Below, in pieces: positions 14,252 through 25,411 of a stretch of DNA of 64,000 nucleotides. How positions within the stretch are numbered: the first letter of the stretch is position 1; each line of letters begins with the position of its first letter. Position numbers and translations under genes: made by a program. The notes under the pieces were generated by a model that was given only the letters and a program-made list of their open reading frames with translations, did not search any database and had not been told where the DNA came from. The stretch is from Eledone cirrhosa (Eukaryota): positions 36,208,001 to 36,272,000 of the forward strand of contig OZ024740.1 of the NCBI GenBank assembly GCA_964016885.1, given 5' to 3'.

Positions 14252-17200
14252 ATCTCTTTCTCTTAATTTCGAGTATATTTTTTTGACCGGCCACCTTCCT
14301 GGTGGCAAGGTTGTAAAAGAAAAGAAATTGTCATCCCTTGAATCGCAAGAATGTTTTGAAAATTTTGAAGGTGCCAGCTATCGCAGCCATTTGTAGACTA
14401 TGAATTAGGGAGCTGCGCTTTTTGTCCGCAAATCCAAGTTCAGTTATACTTTGGTCCAAGCGGGTTGATATATAACCCGTAGCTCCAATAATGATGGGTA
14501 TGAAGCTAAAGGTGTATCTTGGATACTGGATTTGTAAACTCCTCATCAATGGTCCGTAGATGTCCTCCTTCTGCTGTATTTTTCTGACAACGTTTACATC
14601 AAGTGGGCAGCTGATCTCCACAACAGAACACGTTTTCAATGTGTGGTCCCAAACAATAATATCAGGCCGGTTGTGCTTTAATTTGGTGGCAGTTTTTATT
14701 TTCAGGTTCCACCAGTATTCCTTAGTGCCATCTATCTCAACATATTCCTCCTCGTTTGTTGTTAATTTTGTTTTCCGAAGTGCGTTCCAGATGGTTCTAG
14801 CTATCCCATCGTGTCTCATGGGGAGGTAGTAGCGAGATGACATTCTTTCGCAGCTGGCAACAATGTGGCTTACATCCTCGATCTTTGTTTTACATAGCCT
14901 ACATTTATTGTCAGCTGCTAGCCCCCCTCTTTTGTGCAGCAGATATTTGGTAGGGAGTTCTTGTTCCTGTATTGCATAGAGATATCCCTCAAGGTGTGAT
15001 GTCATAAACTTGTCGGAACTCCATGCCAGGCTTTTTGAGTGGTTTATCCCCTCTATGGTCTGTGTTTTACGCCTCAAGTATCCATGCACAACTTTTTCTG
15101 TAAATTGGTCAATTTTTTAATCTTGTTTGAACATTGAATAGGATCTTCCGATTTATCTGGGTGAGAGATTTATATTAGGCTTTATTCCATATTTTTCCTC
15201 CAGATCAGTCGCTATTCTAATGATATTTTTTTTTCATGCTCATAAACCTGGGCAAGATGGTTGCCAACCTTTTTCCTCTGTTGAAGGTGTTGCTTCAGTG
15301 TTACTATCCGGGTCTCATATGTTGTTAATATTGATTTTAGACCCCGGCCACCTTCCTTGCGTGAGAAGTATAGCCTATCCACATCACCATTGATGTTAAA
15401 GTTCCCAGTAACACTGAGAAGTTTTCGAGTTCTAACATGCATCTCACTTAGTTCTTGCAATGACCAGTTCAGCAGGCCAAATGTTGGCATTAGAATTAGC
15501 ACAGCATAAGTATTGTGGGCAATGTATTTGTTGTATGCTGACAGTTCTGTTGACCATATTTTCTTTACTCTTCTGAGGTATTCAGTTCTGGTTCTCTCCT
15601 TATTTATGGGTCCATCATATCTGACATTCTCATCCTGTCCAAGATATGTTGTCACCTGACTGCAGAGGTTTTATTGTCAGGCCGTTCATCTCTAGATTTC
15701 TAGAGGAGGGCACAGCTCTTCCACGTTTTACTGCCAAATATGCACACTTGGACTCACCAAATTTCATTTTGATGTCGGTTGAAAATTGTGTAATGAGGTC
15801 CAATTATTTCTTGATGTCATTGATATTTGGCCCATACAACTTCAGGTCATCAACAAAGAAAAGATGGGAGATACTTCTGGGCCCACTTCTTTGTCCACCT
15901 TGTTTCCTGAGTAGGTAAGATAGTGGATTCAGTGAGAGAACGAAGAGTAGCACTGACAAGCTATCACCCTAAAAGATGCCCTTCTGGTAATGTATCTTAT
16001 CAGTCTTAACTTGCTCCTTCTCACTTCTAAGGATCAAATTGGTGTACCAGTTCTTGGTCAGGCGTTCAACAGCAGCTACCAATGGTTGTGGGACTTTAGC
16101 TAACTGTAAAGCCTTAACAATCCACCCATGAGGTACACTATCAAATGCTTTTTGATAGTCCAGCCACACCACAGTCATGTTTCTGCGATTCTTTGTTGTT
16201 TTTTTCCTGAATCATTTTGTTGGTTAGTAGGTGATCTATGCAACCCCACACCTCCCTCTTTCCACCAGCTTGCTCAGGTGTTATGATGTTGTTGGTAGCA
16301 CAGTGATCCTGTAAGAACAGGTTAAGGCACCCAGTATATAATTTATACATGATGTTTTGGCAGGCTATTGGGCGGTAATTTTTAGCAAGGGTGGTTTGGC
16401 TATTTTGGGGAATGAGGAGAGTAGTGGCAGTTGGTAACCATCTGGGCAGTTCTTGTGTGCCTTTAATGGTTTCTGTAAACAGCCGTATGAGATCTTGCCG
16501 ATAGAAAGTGAAATTCTTCAACCAGTATCCTGTAATGAGGTCTGGGCCTGGCGATTTCCTATTCGACATTTTCTGTAGAGCTGTTTCCAGTATTGACCCA
16601 TCTATGTCATATTGTTTTATCTGGACATGTTGGCAGTAGTCCTGTTCCAGTTCTTTTAGCCAATTAGCTTGTCTGTTGAATCCGTCATCCATTTCCCATA
16701 CAGATCTCCAGTAGCTCTCAACCTGTTTTTTTTGAAGGGGTGTCGTTTACAGGGATTGAGCTTTTGCCACCGAAGCTGCGATAAACTGATTTAGCATCTC
16801 TGGCAAACAATCTATTTAGCACTTGTCGTTTATGTGCTGTTGACTTATATTTTAGTCTTTCTGTTGTAGCTGTGAGTTGTTGTTTCAACTGGTGTAATTT
16901 GGAGTTCAAAGTTTTAAATTTTGTATCTCCAAATCGTCTCTCTAACTTTTTCTTTAGGTGTTCCTGGTGTCGTGTGAAGTTGCTCTCTATGTTGCATTTC
17001 ATAACGGCTGCGATGTGTGAGATACTTCGTCTCAGGGACAACATTTTGGTTTTTAAATTTCGCATCCACGCTGGTTCAGGCTTTCTGTTTGTATCTTGAT
17101 TGCGTGATTTTAGATGTGTGTTATATGATAGCAATGTGACAGCTGAAACATATAACAAAACATTAAGCATTTCAAATGTCGTTTCTACACCTTTAGATCG

Positions 17201-18166
17201 TATAGCCTTCAGATAATTGCCAGCTATTTCGTTCACCGCTTCCAATTCCAATTTAGTGGGTTCTTTACTGATTCTAGTGTTGTATGGTCTGTCACTCACA
17301 TTAAGGCTGTGTATCTCTTGAAACATATCGTTCCATATCACTTGTTGGGTGTCCACAAGTTTTTGGTGCTCTGTTTGTTCAGTAGAGTCATGAATTTCAG
17401 CCTCGTTGTTGATGTGGTGACAATTACTACTAGAGTTAGCTGACCTTTCTCGCTGTTCTTCAGTGGAAGTGGGATGGATTTCAGCAAAATTGTTGGTGAG
17501 CTGTTCACTGTTAGATTTAGCTGGCCATTCTCTTTGTCTGTTAGTGGAGGTGGGGTGGTTGTCTACAAGGGCTGTATTTGTAGTATCACTCAATTCCGTT
17601 AGATGTATCAATTTACATCTAATGATACGTTTTGCCTGTTCATTTAAATGCTTTGGAGAAAAGTCTAATTCTGGGTGTTTGGAGTTCCATAAAGTTTTTA
17701 GCCTTTGCATAAAACCGAACTTTTGGGGTTCAGATTGTTTGTATGCTTCATATAATACTTTGTTAAGCTCGTAGCTCCACTGTATACAACGGTTGTAGTT
17801 GCGATTTGGTCGAAGGAGACTTGTACTTTTTGCCATGATGAGTTCGTCTATTCACTAATATTTCGTATTTATTTTTCAAAATAGTCGATGATCTTCTTTA
17901 AAAGTTTCGACAAAGTTCTGTCAGAATCAAATTTAAAGTTATTCACAGCTTGGGTAATATTTCTTTTCAGTTAGTTTTTAATTCTACAACTGTGTTTTAA
18001 ACGTTGTTCTTGAATCGTTTGAATCGAGAACAAAAAGATCCGTTACTTAGTATATTCCTTTATGAATGTAATATAATATAACAACGCTGTATTTATATGT
18101 TAAAGTTTATGTATCATTCACATAAATAGGTGTTCTACAACTTATTCACAACATATTCACCCTGAG
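14252..18166 (-). mobile_element. near full-length R4/Dong-like RLE non-LTR retrotransposon in (CATA)n
   Basis: RT motifs KSPGPD, NYRPI, WLDYQKAFDSVPH, SHLFFVDD; CCHC CRLC..HIVASC; RLE RPD...VEISCP...KEDIY; (TATG)n at 14140-14251 and 18167-18222. Confidence 0.9.
14331..17836 (-). pseudogene. R4-like RT-RLE polyprotein broken by several frameshifts
   Basis: Collinear ORFs 16718-17836, 16141-16692, 15969-16178, 15212-15655, 14331-15089. Confidence 0.85.
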
Positions 18167-18222
18167 TATGTATGTATGTATGTATGTATGTATGTATGTA
18201 TGTATGTATGTATGTATGTATG

Positions 18223-18623
18223 CCTTTGAGGTATCTCGAATCGCATACGAGAAAGTAAAGCGGGATATGAGGAAGGGCATTGCTGTTGCACTTCCAGACG
18301 GCGAGGGTCCTCCCATGGTGCTGACATGCAGCGTCTGTGCGAAACTCTGCCTAAGCAAAGCTGGACTCGAAAGTCATCTTCGCAGTCATAAAGTAAGACC
18401 AGTGGTTGACTACCAGGCTGCTGTTGGAGATGCTACTCATCATGCTTGCCAAACATGTGGTAGAGAATGTAAATCAGCAGGAGGGCTCAAGCGACATGCA
18501 AAAGTACATGAACTCCAACTACAGCCGGCTATTCCCAGTGAATATTTTGGTTGCCGACTCTGTGCAAAACATTTTAGTTCATTGGCTGGGCTAAAAAGCC
18601 ACATTCGATCGCAGAGCTGTTAG
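18223..18623 (+). mobile_element. RTE-like LINE C-terminal fragment with three C2H2-type zinc fingers
   Basis: FE..R....KR..RKG, then CSVC..SKAGLESHLRSH, CQTC..SAGGLKRHAKVH, CRLC..SLAGLKSHIRS; a related finger precedes the tail at 25250-25411. Confidence 0.65.
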
Positions 18624-18962
18624 TTGCTATCGTGTGTGTGTATGTGTATAGGTATGTTTATGTGTGTGCGTATGTGTGTATATATATATGTATATGTATA
18701 TTATTATTGTTGTTGTTGTTATTACTATTGTTGTTATTATTATTATTATTATTGACGAAAGTGGATGTACGTTTTTTGAAGCTCCGTGAGTAAGCAATTT
18801 TTGAGGATTAATTGTAGAGAATTGTTTATTTTTTGTACCGCTGAAGCATTATAAGACATTAATTTGTATCCTGTGAAGGAATAACTCATAATATTTGGGC
18901 CTTTTGGCCCAAATATTTGAACTTTATTTTGAAAAAAATAATAATTTTTTTCTCAAAAAAAC

Positions 18963-20873
18963 ATGGCGGAGCCACGCCCCCTAGAGGCGGGTCTGCTGTC
19001 GTGCAACGGCGACTTGAGCGTTGAGAGGAGAGGTGAGGCGAGGAGCGCCACCAGCACGAATGTGAGCAGCGACAGTGCCAGCACCAACGGGCCGAGCGGC
19101 GCGGAAGGTGGTAACAGCGACAACACCAACACCAACAAGCCGAACAGCGCAGAAGGTGGTAATAGCGAGAGCACCAACAAAACGAACAGCACAGAGAGTA
19201 ATAGTAGCGACAGCAGCAGCACCAACAAGGCCAACAGCACAGAAGGTAACCACGACACAGGGGAGAACAACAACAGCAATAGCAGCAGCAACACCAACAA
19301 GAACAACAACAGTGACAACACCAACAAGAACACTTTCGCTGCTGTGGCAGCGGCTAAAAGGAGACCATGCTACAGCATCGACTTAACCAACAGAGAGGAA
19401 AAGTTGGCCCAGGCCTGGAAAATCATAAATCAAGAGCAGACCTGGGCAAACTTAACTGTCCCGGCAGAAGCCATTGAGGCAGTGGAAAAAAGAACGGTGC
19501 ATTTCAGATGCATCTCAGTAGAGACAAAGAGGGCAGCGATAATCGCCCAAGCTGACATAGAAGCCGCACTGAAATACATCAGAGAGGACACAGACTTCAT
19601 AGAGAGGGGCAGGCAATACGGCACCGTTTCGGTGCTGTTCAAGTCTGAAGCCCTCGCTGTGAAGCATTCAATGACCCCTTGCAAAACCAGCAAGGTCATA
19701 ATGTACCCCTCCCACATGGGAAAACGAATAGCACGTGTGCGCATTCCCAGGATTCCACCAGGACTTGATATGTGGTGGCTCCTGGGTTGCGTAATCGTGG
19801 AAGGAACGGATACAGTCCCGGTAGAGGCAACGAGAACTGCCAGGGACGACTGGTCCGGGGTTGATCTGGAGATACTGCTCCAAATCAGACCCGAAAACGT
19901 AAAAACGATCCCGGACCACATCCGCCTCCAAAACGGGAGGGTGTTGCATATAATGACTGAGGGCAAAAGGCCGCATTGTTTCCTTTGTGGGGAAACGACA
20001 CACTTGCGAGCCTTCTGCCCTCAACTGCCGAAAAGCGCAAGGGGTCGAAAGATTCCACTGCTGGCGACGCCGGGACAAGGACCACCAGCAACACCGTCAA
20101 CAATGGAACCACCAAAATCGCACACCCAGGGGGGAAACGAGGAAAGCTCTCCCATTCCCCCTCCCCCCCAAAATACACACACGAACAAGAACATAAACAC
20201 TCACTCAGACACAAACACGCTCACAGCCACAGACCCCTCATCCTCCAGCAGTGAAGATGAGGGAAAACCAAAGTCCCCCAAAATACAAAAAACAAAACAC
20301 AAAAAAAAAAGAAATCCACAAAGCACAAACACCCCCACAAAAAAAAATACACACACCACCCACACAAACATTTTCCCCACAGCATCACCAACACAACCAC
20401 CAAAATCCCCCAAACGCAAACAAGCTAAACAGACACAAGAACAAATAGACACACAAACATCAGAAACTACAGACACCCCACCCACAACAAACGCAGACAC
20501 AATAGAAACAACACTAACAAAGCTATCACCACCACAATCACACGAACAAATAAAACCCGAGCAACAAAACATTAAAAACTTCGTGCTTGCCAGAAGGGCC
20601 AACAAGGAATTGATGGCCCATGTAGCACGAAGCACAAACATCGAAAAAGACGGGGAAACATTTGAAGCGAGCACATTTCGCGTACCAGATAATTTGCTTC
20701 TGATGCGAATGTCGCTCGCTTCATACAAAGAAATTCGAAAGAGCTTTCCTCGGGATGTGGGAACCCCGAACGTAAAACCCACGTCAAGACTATTAAAGGG
20801 GTTCCCAAAAGAAACCCCACAAACCATGGAGGTCGAACCACCCGACCTTCACAAGACCCCGGAAGGTAAGTAA
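18963..20873 (+). CDS. Tx1 ORF1 (CCHC zinc knuckle, N/S-rich and P/T/K-rich low-complexity regions)
   Basis: 636 aa; CFLCGETTHLRAFC knuckle; homologous to 38015-39990. Confidence 0.85.
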   Translation: MAEPRPLEAGLLSCNGDLSVERRGEARSATSTNVSSDSASTNGPSGAEGGNSDNTNTNKPNSAEGGNSESTNKTNSTESNSSDSSSTNKANSTEGNHDTGENNNSNSSSNTNKNNNSDNTNKNTFAAVAAAKRRPCYSIDLTNREEKLAQAWKIINQEQTWANLTVPAEAIEAVEKRTVHFRCISVETKRAAIIAQADIEAALKYIREDTDFIERGRQYGTVSVLFKSEALAVKHSMTPCKTSKVIMYPSHMGKRIARVRIPRIPPGLDMWWLLGCVIVEGTDTVPVEATRTARDDWSGVDLEILLQIRPENVKTIPDHIRLQNGRVLHIMTEGKRPHCFLCGETTHLRAFCPQLPKSARGRKIPLLATPGQGPPATPSTMEPPKSHTQGGNEESSPIPPPPQNTHTNKNINTHSDTNTLTATDPSSSSSEDEGKPKSPKIQKTKHKKKRNPQSTNTPTKKNTHTTHTNIFPTASPTQPPKSPKRKQAKQTQEQIDTQTSETTDTPPTTNADTIETTLTKLSPPQSHEQIKPEQQNIKNFVLARRANKELMAHVARSTNIEKDGETFEASTFRVPDNLLLMRMSLASYKEIRKSFPRDVGTPNVKPTSRLLKGFPKETPQTMEVEPPDLHKTPEGK

Positions 20874-20902
20874 ACCTTTCCTCTCCCATTCATCCTGCCA
20901 GC

Positions 20903-23900
20903 ATGGCCATAAGAGTAGGAAGTTTAAATGTTCGTGGCCTGGGGTCGCCCTGGAAGCAAGGTCACTTGCTCAACGACCTCAGGTCACTAGGAATGGATGT
21001 AATTGCCATCAGCGAGACCAGAATTTCCGACACACGCGCACTGGCGCCGATTTTCGACGATTATCAGATCTTTGCATCTGTTAGTCGGCCGGGAATGGGA
21101 GGTGGAGTGGCTGTGCTGTTTAGGAAATGTCTGGATCTCGAGGTAAGGTCAATCTTCCGGGATCCTGACGGAAAGTTGGTGGTCCTGGACGTGAGCAATA
21201 GCGAAGGTGGTGCCTTTAGACTGGTGGCCGTCTACGCCCCTACTGGGGCCGGTCGGCCGGACTTCTTTAGGCGCCTGGAAAACTTTCTGCTTACGTCTCG
21301 CCCTTTACTGTTAATAGGGGATTGGAATGGCATCTTAGAAGCACGCTGGGATTGTGTGGGAGTATCTGATAGGAGCGGGGGGTGCAAAAGCCTCAAGTAC
21401 CTGATCAGCCAGTTTCAACTGTCTGACAGGTACCGACTAGATTTCCCTAATGCGCCAGTATGGACCTGGACCAATCGCATAGGGTCATCTAGATCGTACA
21501 TAGATAGGATTTTCATTAGGAAAAGAGATAGAAATAGTGTAGGATGTCCACATTTTAAAACGGTTGCCTATTCAGATCACAAGCTTGTGATCTGTATGGT
21601 CGACCTAGATAAGACACGTAGGTTAGGACCTAGCTACTGGAAGCTAAACATGTCGTTTCCGGCACGTAAAGCTTACAGGGACCGGGTCAACAACTTAGTT
21701 AAGCAAAAGTTGACAGGGGGGGTTGTCAACAACAGGTGGTGGGGGGCACTCAAAAGAGAGATTAGAGCAACCTCGATAGGATTTAGCAAAGAAGTAGCAA
21801 TAGAGAAAAATAGAAAGGAGGAGGGGCTGATAGCTAAGTTAGACGAGGCTATTTGTAGTGGCATTGCAACAGACGTGCTAGCGGCGAGAATGGCACTAGA
21901 CCATTTCTTCAATGCGAAACACGAAGGTTGCATTGTCAGAGCTAAGGCGCGTGCTCTGAGGAACGAGGGAACCAAAGCTGCCCGATGGGCTCGCTTTGCA
22001 GAGACGCAGCGTGGAAATAAAACCACAATTCGGTCTTTGACGGATCGAGATGGACACGAACTGAGCGATTCCAAGCGGATGTGTGAGGCCTTTCGCCAGC
22101 ACTTTGCTCGATTGTTCGGGAGGATGGGTGAGTCAGAGACGGCGGCGGACTTCAGTCCCTACCTCGACGGCTTGCCACGCCTCTCGACGGCCGACGCTGA
22201 GCGCTGCGAAGAGCCGATAACATCAGCCGAAATTCAGGACGCCCTTGTCGGCTGCTCGAGTCGCAAGTCACCCGGTTTGGATGGTCTGCCCTACGAGCTT
22301 TACGTAAATATGCCAGACTTGTTCTCCGATCTCCTCGAAGCGCTCTACTGCAACTGGCAGCAGAACGGGAGCATTCCCAGTTCTGTGAGCCGTGGCGTAG
22401 TGACGCTGATAAGGAAAGACGAGAACAAGAGGGACACACTAGATAATTTCAGGCCCATAACCCTGCTCAACACAGAGTTTAAGATTTTGGCCAAGGTGTT
22501 AGCGAAAAGGTTGGCGCTTGTCGTCAAAGATTTGGTTGGGGAGGCGCAAACTTGCGCAATCCCGACCAGGTCCATACACGACAACCTCCACCTCATGCGA
22601 TACATCATAGAGAGGGTTGGGTGCAAACCTGGCTTCGGTGGGGCTCTGATCAATTTAGATCAATCGAAAGCATTCGATAGGGTCGACCATCGGTACTTGG
22701 AGGCTGTCCTCGAGGCGGCTGGCTTCGGCCCCGTCTTCAGAAGCTGGATCGCTGCAATGTACAGCGGCATCCGCTCGGTGGTCAAAGTTAATGGCCACCT
22801 CTCGGAACCGTTTCAGATCTCTCGATCGGTCCGTCAAGGGTGCCCTCTCTCCTCACTTCTGTACGTATTGACTCTTGAGCCTCTACTGCGGAAGCTGGAG
22901 TTGTTGCAGGGCATCCCGCTCGAACCGGGACGTAGAAAGGCTGCGTCCGCTTATGCGGACGACATCACCGTGATGGTGTCGGACACCTCGGAAATCGAGG
23001 TGATCCGCACCCATTTGGAGGAATATGAAAGGTTGACGGGAGCAAAACTTAACCCGGAAAAGTCGGTGGGCTTGCAGCTCGGCACCTGGAGAGGCAAGTC
23101 CATGCCGTCCAACAGCGTCGTTGGGCGCTGGACAGACGGACCGGTAAAGTTGCTCGGGGTTTGGTTCGGACCAGACCTCCAGGTGGATAAGAATTGGGAC
23201 GAGGTGACGAGCAGGATAGCCAACCTCACCCAGAAATGGGCTGAGAGAAAGCTATCACTGAAAGGGCGGGCGGAGGTGGCGAACGCGTACATCGCGTCCG
23301 TCATCTACTACCGCCTGACCGTCGTGCCTTGCCCCCGTCCACGCCTCGCCAATTTGGAACGGCTCCTTTTCAAATTTTTGTGGAGGGGACGGGTCCCGTT
23401 GGTGAGGCGGTCCATCTGCTGCCAGCACCCTCTTCGTGGAGGGCTGGGCATGCCGTGGCTAATGATGCGCAGACATGCGCTGAGGCTGCGACATCTCCAG
23501 ATATTTTGCCTAAACGGTGAACAGGTGTGGTCGCCGTTTGTTAGACGGGCCTTTCCGCAGCTCATCTCTTTGACTGAGCTGCAGTCCTGGGTCAAGAAGA
23601 GACCGAGACTGGGCGACTGGCATCTGGAATGTTGCCAGGCGCTCACTGCACTCTGCAAGGTGGGCAATGCGGTCAGTGGAACTTCCACTCAAGATTTCTA
23701 TAGAGGATTAGTGGAGGGCAAGTGCGATGACGTACTAGGAGAGGCTCTGGGCGTCAACGAAGTAGAACTGACCAGTATGTTCCGGAGGACTTTCGAGCCG
23801 GGGACGATGGATAACTTCCAGAAATCCCTCGCTTGGCAGTGCTACCGGGGGGCGCTGCCGGTTCGGGATAAACTCTACAGGCACGGAAGTGCTGTCAGAC

Positions 23901-24322
23901 GAACCTGCCCGAGATGCGCGCAGAGCGACGAAACCGTTCTGCACGCACTCGTCCAGTGTCCGTGCATTGCTGACTTGTGGGGTTATGTCGAACAGCTATT
24001 GTCGCGTGTAGAACGGATCCGGCTATCGTCCGAGTCCATAGTGAAGATTGACCCGCCGCCTTCTTTTGGTCAGGAAGGGCAGGCAATTTTCCTCTGCCTG
24101 GTGGCAGTAGCGAAAGAGGTTGCATGGTGGACCAGGTTGAAAGGACTGAAGACAGACACTTTTCTCTTCGGCCAATCCCTCATCAACTTCTTCAAGTTTC
24201 ACTTGGAAAGGAAGGTGAGGGTGGAGAGAGAAGTGCTGCCCCCCAGTACATTTACTGAAAGGTGGGTGAATGTGGCGAGAATGGCCCGCGTGAGTGGGCC
24301 TACTCTGATCATGCGCCTGTAG
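20903..24322 (+). CDS. Tx1 ORF2: APE endonuclease, reverse transcriptase, C-terminal CCHC
   Basis: 1139 aa uninterrupted; SLNVRG, SET, GDWN, YID, SDH; KSPGLDG, FRPITL, DQSKAFD, RQGCPLS, YADD; CPRC..H..C. Confidence 0.95.
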   Translation: MAIRVGSLNVRGLGSPWKQGHLLNDLRSLGMDVIAISETRISDTRALAPIFDDYQIFASVSRPGMGGGVAVLFRKCLDLEVRSIFRDPDGKLVVLDVSNSEGGAFRLVAVYAPTGAGRPDFFRRLENFLLTSRPLLLIGDWNGILEARWDCVGVSDRSGGCKSLKYLISQFQLSDRYRLDFPNAPVWTWTNRIGSSRSYIDRIFIRKRDRNSVGCPHFKTVAYSDHKLVICMVDLDKTRRLGPSYWKLNMSFPARKAYRDRVNNLVKQKLTGGVVNNRWWGALKREIRATSIGFSKEVAIEKNRKEEGLIAKLDEAICSGIATDVLAARMALDHFFNAKHEGCIVRAKARALRNEGTKAARWARFAETQRGNKTTIRSLTDRDGHELSDSKRMCEAFRQHFARLFGRMGESETAADFSPYLDGLPRLSTADAERCEEPITSAEIQDALVGCSSRKSPGLDGLPYELYVNMPDLFSDLLEALYCNWQQNGSIPSSVSRGVVTLIRKDENKRDTLDNFRPITLLNTEFKILAKVLAKRLALVVKDLVGEAQTCAIPTRSIHDNLHLMRYIIERVGCKPGFGGALINLDQSKAFDRVDHRYLEAVLEAAGFGPVFRSWIAAMYSGIRSVVKVNGHLSEPFQISRSVRQGCPLSSLLYVLTLEPLLRKLELLQGIPLEPGRRKAASAYADDITVMVSDTSEIEVIRTHLEEYERLTGAKLNPEKSVGLQLGTWRGKSMPSNSVVGRWTDGPVKLLGVWFGPDLQVDKNWDEVTSRIANLTQKWAERKLSLKGRAEVANAYIASVIYYRLTVVPCPRPRLANLERLLFKFLWRGRVPLVRRSICCQHPLRGGLGMPWLMMRRHALRLRHLQIFCLNGEQVWSPFVRRAFPQLISLTELQSWVKKRPRLGDWHLECCQALTALCKVGNAVSGTSTQDFYRGLVEGKCDDVLGEALGVNEVELTSMFRRTFEPGTMDNFQKSLAWQCYRGALPVRDKLYRHGSAVRRTCPRCAQSDETVLHALVQCPCIADLWGYVEQLLSRVERIRLSSESIVKIDPPPSFGQEGQAIFLCLVAVAKEVAWWTRLKGLKTDTFLFGQSLINFFKFHLERKVRVEREVLPPSTFTERWVNVARMARVSGPTLIMRL

Positions 24323-24687
24323 GCTGGTGAATTCGAGAAGGAGAGGGGTGCCCTTCCCGGGTGCCCTAGGAGCGTCGGGTGGCTCAGGACTGGTGGGGTG
24401 CTTGAGTCAACCCTGGGTGGTGATCCCTCTTATTGGGGAACTTTCATTGATGTAAACCCCCACTGTCCCTGTCTATTGTGTTGTCCCCTATATGTCGGCC
24501 CTTGTGGCCAATAAATGAAATCATTATTATTATTATTATTGTTATTAATGTAAATGTGTGTATGTATATATATATGTGTGTATATATGTACATGTATGTG
24601 TGTATATATATATATATATTTCTTTTTTTTGTTTTATTTTATTTTATATTTATTTATTAATATATATATATATTTATATTTTTTTCT

Positions 24688-24783
24688 CCTCGTGCAATGG
24701 CCATACTCGATAACGAGGGGGCAACCATCATCATGTATGTATGTATGTATGTATGTATGTATGTATGTATGTATGTATGTATG
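24688..24783 (+). mobile_element. RTE-like 3' end with stem-loop and (ATGT)n tail
   Basis: TGGCCATACTCGATAACGAGGGGGCAACCATC(ATGT)n, recurring at ~25360 and ~25636. Confidence 0.7.
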
Positions 24784-25411
24784 TCAGGTCACCAGTTGGT
24801 GCTACTGGTAACATGTATCCCAGTACAACTTGTCCCATGCTCGGGTCGTTGGCGACTAAACTGGCAACCCCACCAAGGTTTCTTGGTGAGGACGGTGACT
24901 TTGGACATCCTGCAGGACTAAAAACAAAACCTGTCAAAGGGCAAACGAGCTCTTAAGAGTCAATGGCCATCCAAAATCACCGGGAGAGATGACCCCCTTA
25001 GCCTTTGTCAAGGCAGAATTCTAGGAGAAGGAAAACTCTGATATAACACCTGCAACCCTGATGGTATCCAATGATGTTGACTTGTTCTTCTTTTTGGTAA
25101 ATATCATCTTAGTTAAGAGAGTGGGTTTGGCTTTGTGCAGTGCCTTTGCTCACTATAAAAGCTTCACGGCACAGGCATTGCTTTATATCTGGAGATCTCT
25201 CTGCACTTGTCATCACATGGTACCATGGGCCCAGCACCATGTGTCAATAATTGTCACAAGTGTACTGTTTGTACCAGAGTTTTCAAGTCGCTGGCTGGAC
25301 TAAAAAGTCACACTCGTTCAGCGCATCGGTAGGGGTTCTCCTACATGGATATAAAGTAGTGGCCGTACTCGAAAACGAGTTGGCAGCCACCATGTATGTA
25401 TGTATGTATGT
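24784..25411 (+). mobile_element. bipartite non-autonomous RTE-derived element (5'UTR + 3' end)
   Basis: RTE-5'UTR-like CTAGGAGAAGGAAAACTCTGATATAA joined to a zinc-finger coding end (CTVC..SLAGLKSH) and (ATGT)n tail. Confidence 0.6.

Larger units (their letters stand above)
18754..24540 (+). mobile_element. full-length Tx1-clade LINE, apparently intact
   Basis: 5'UTR starts right after (ATT)n; two open ORFs; AATAAA at 24510; (ATT)n from 24523. Confidence 0.93.

Noticed and set aside
18953-24125. Long antisense ORFs over the Tx1 element
   Set aside because: Explained by codon and composition bias of the sense ORFs; no motifs
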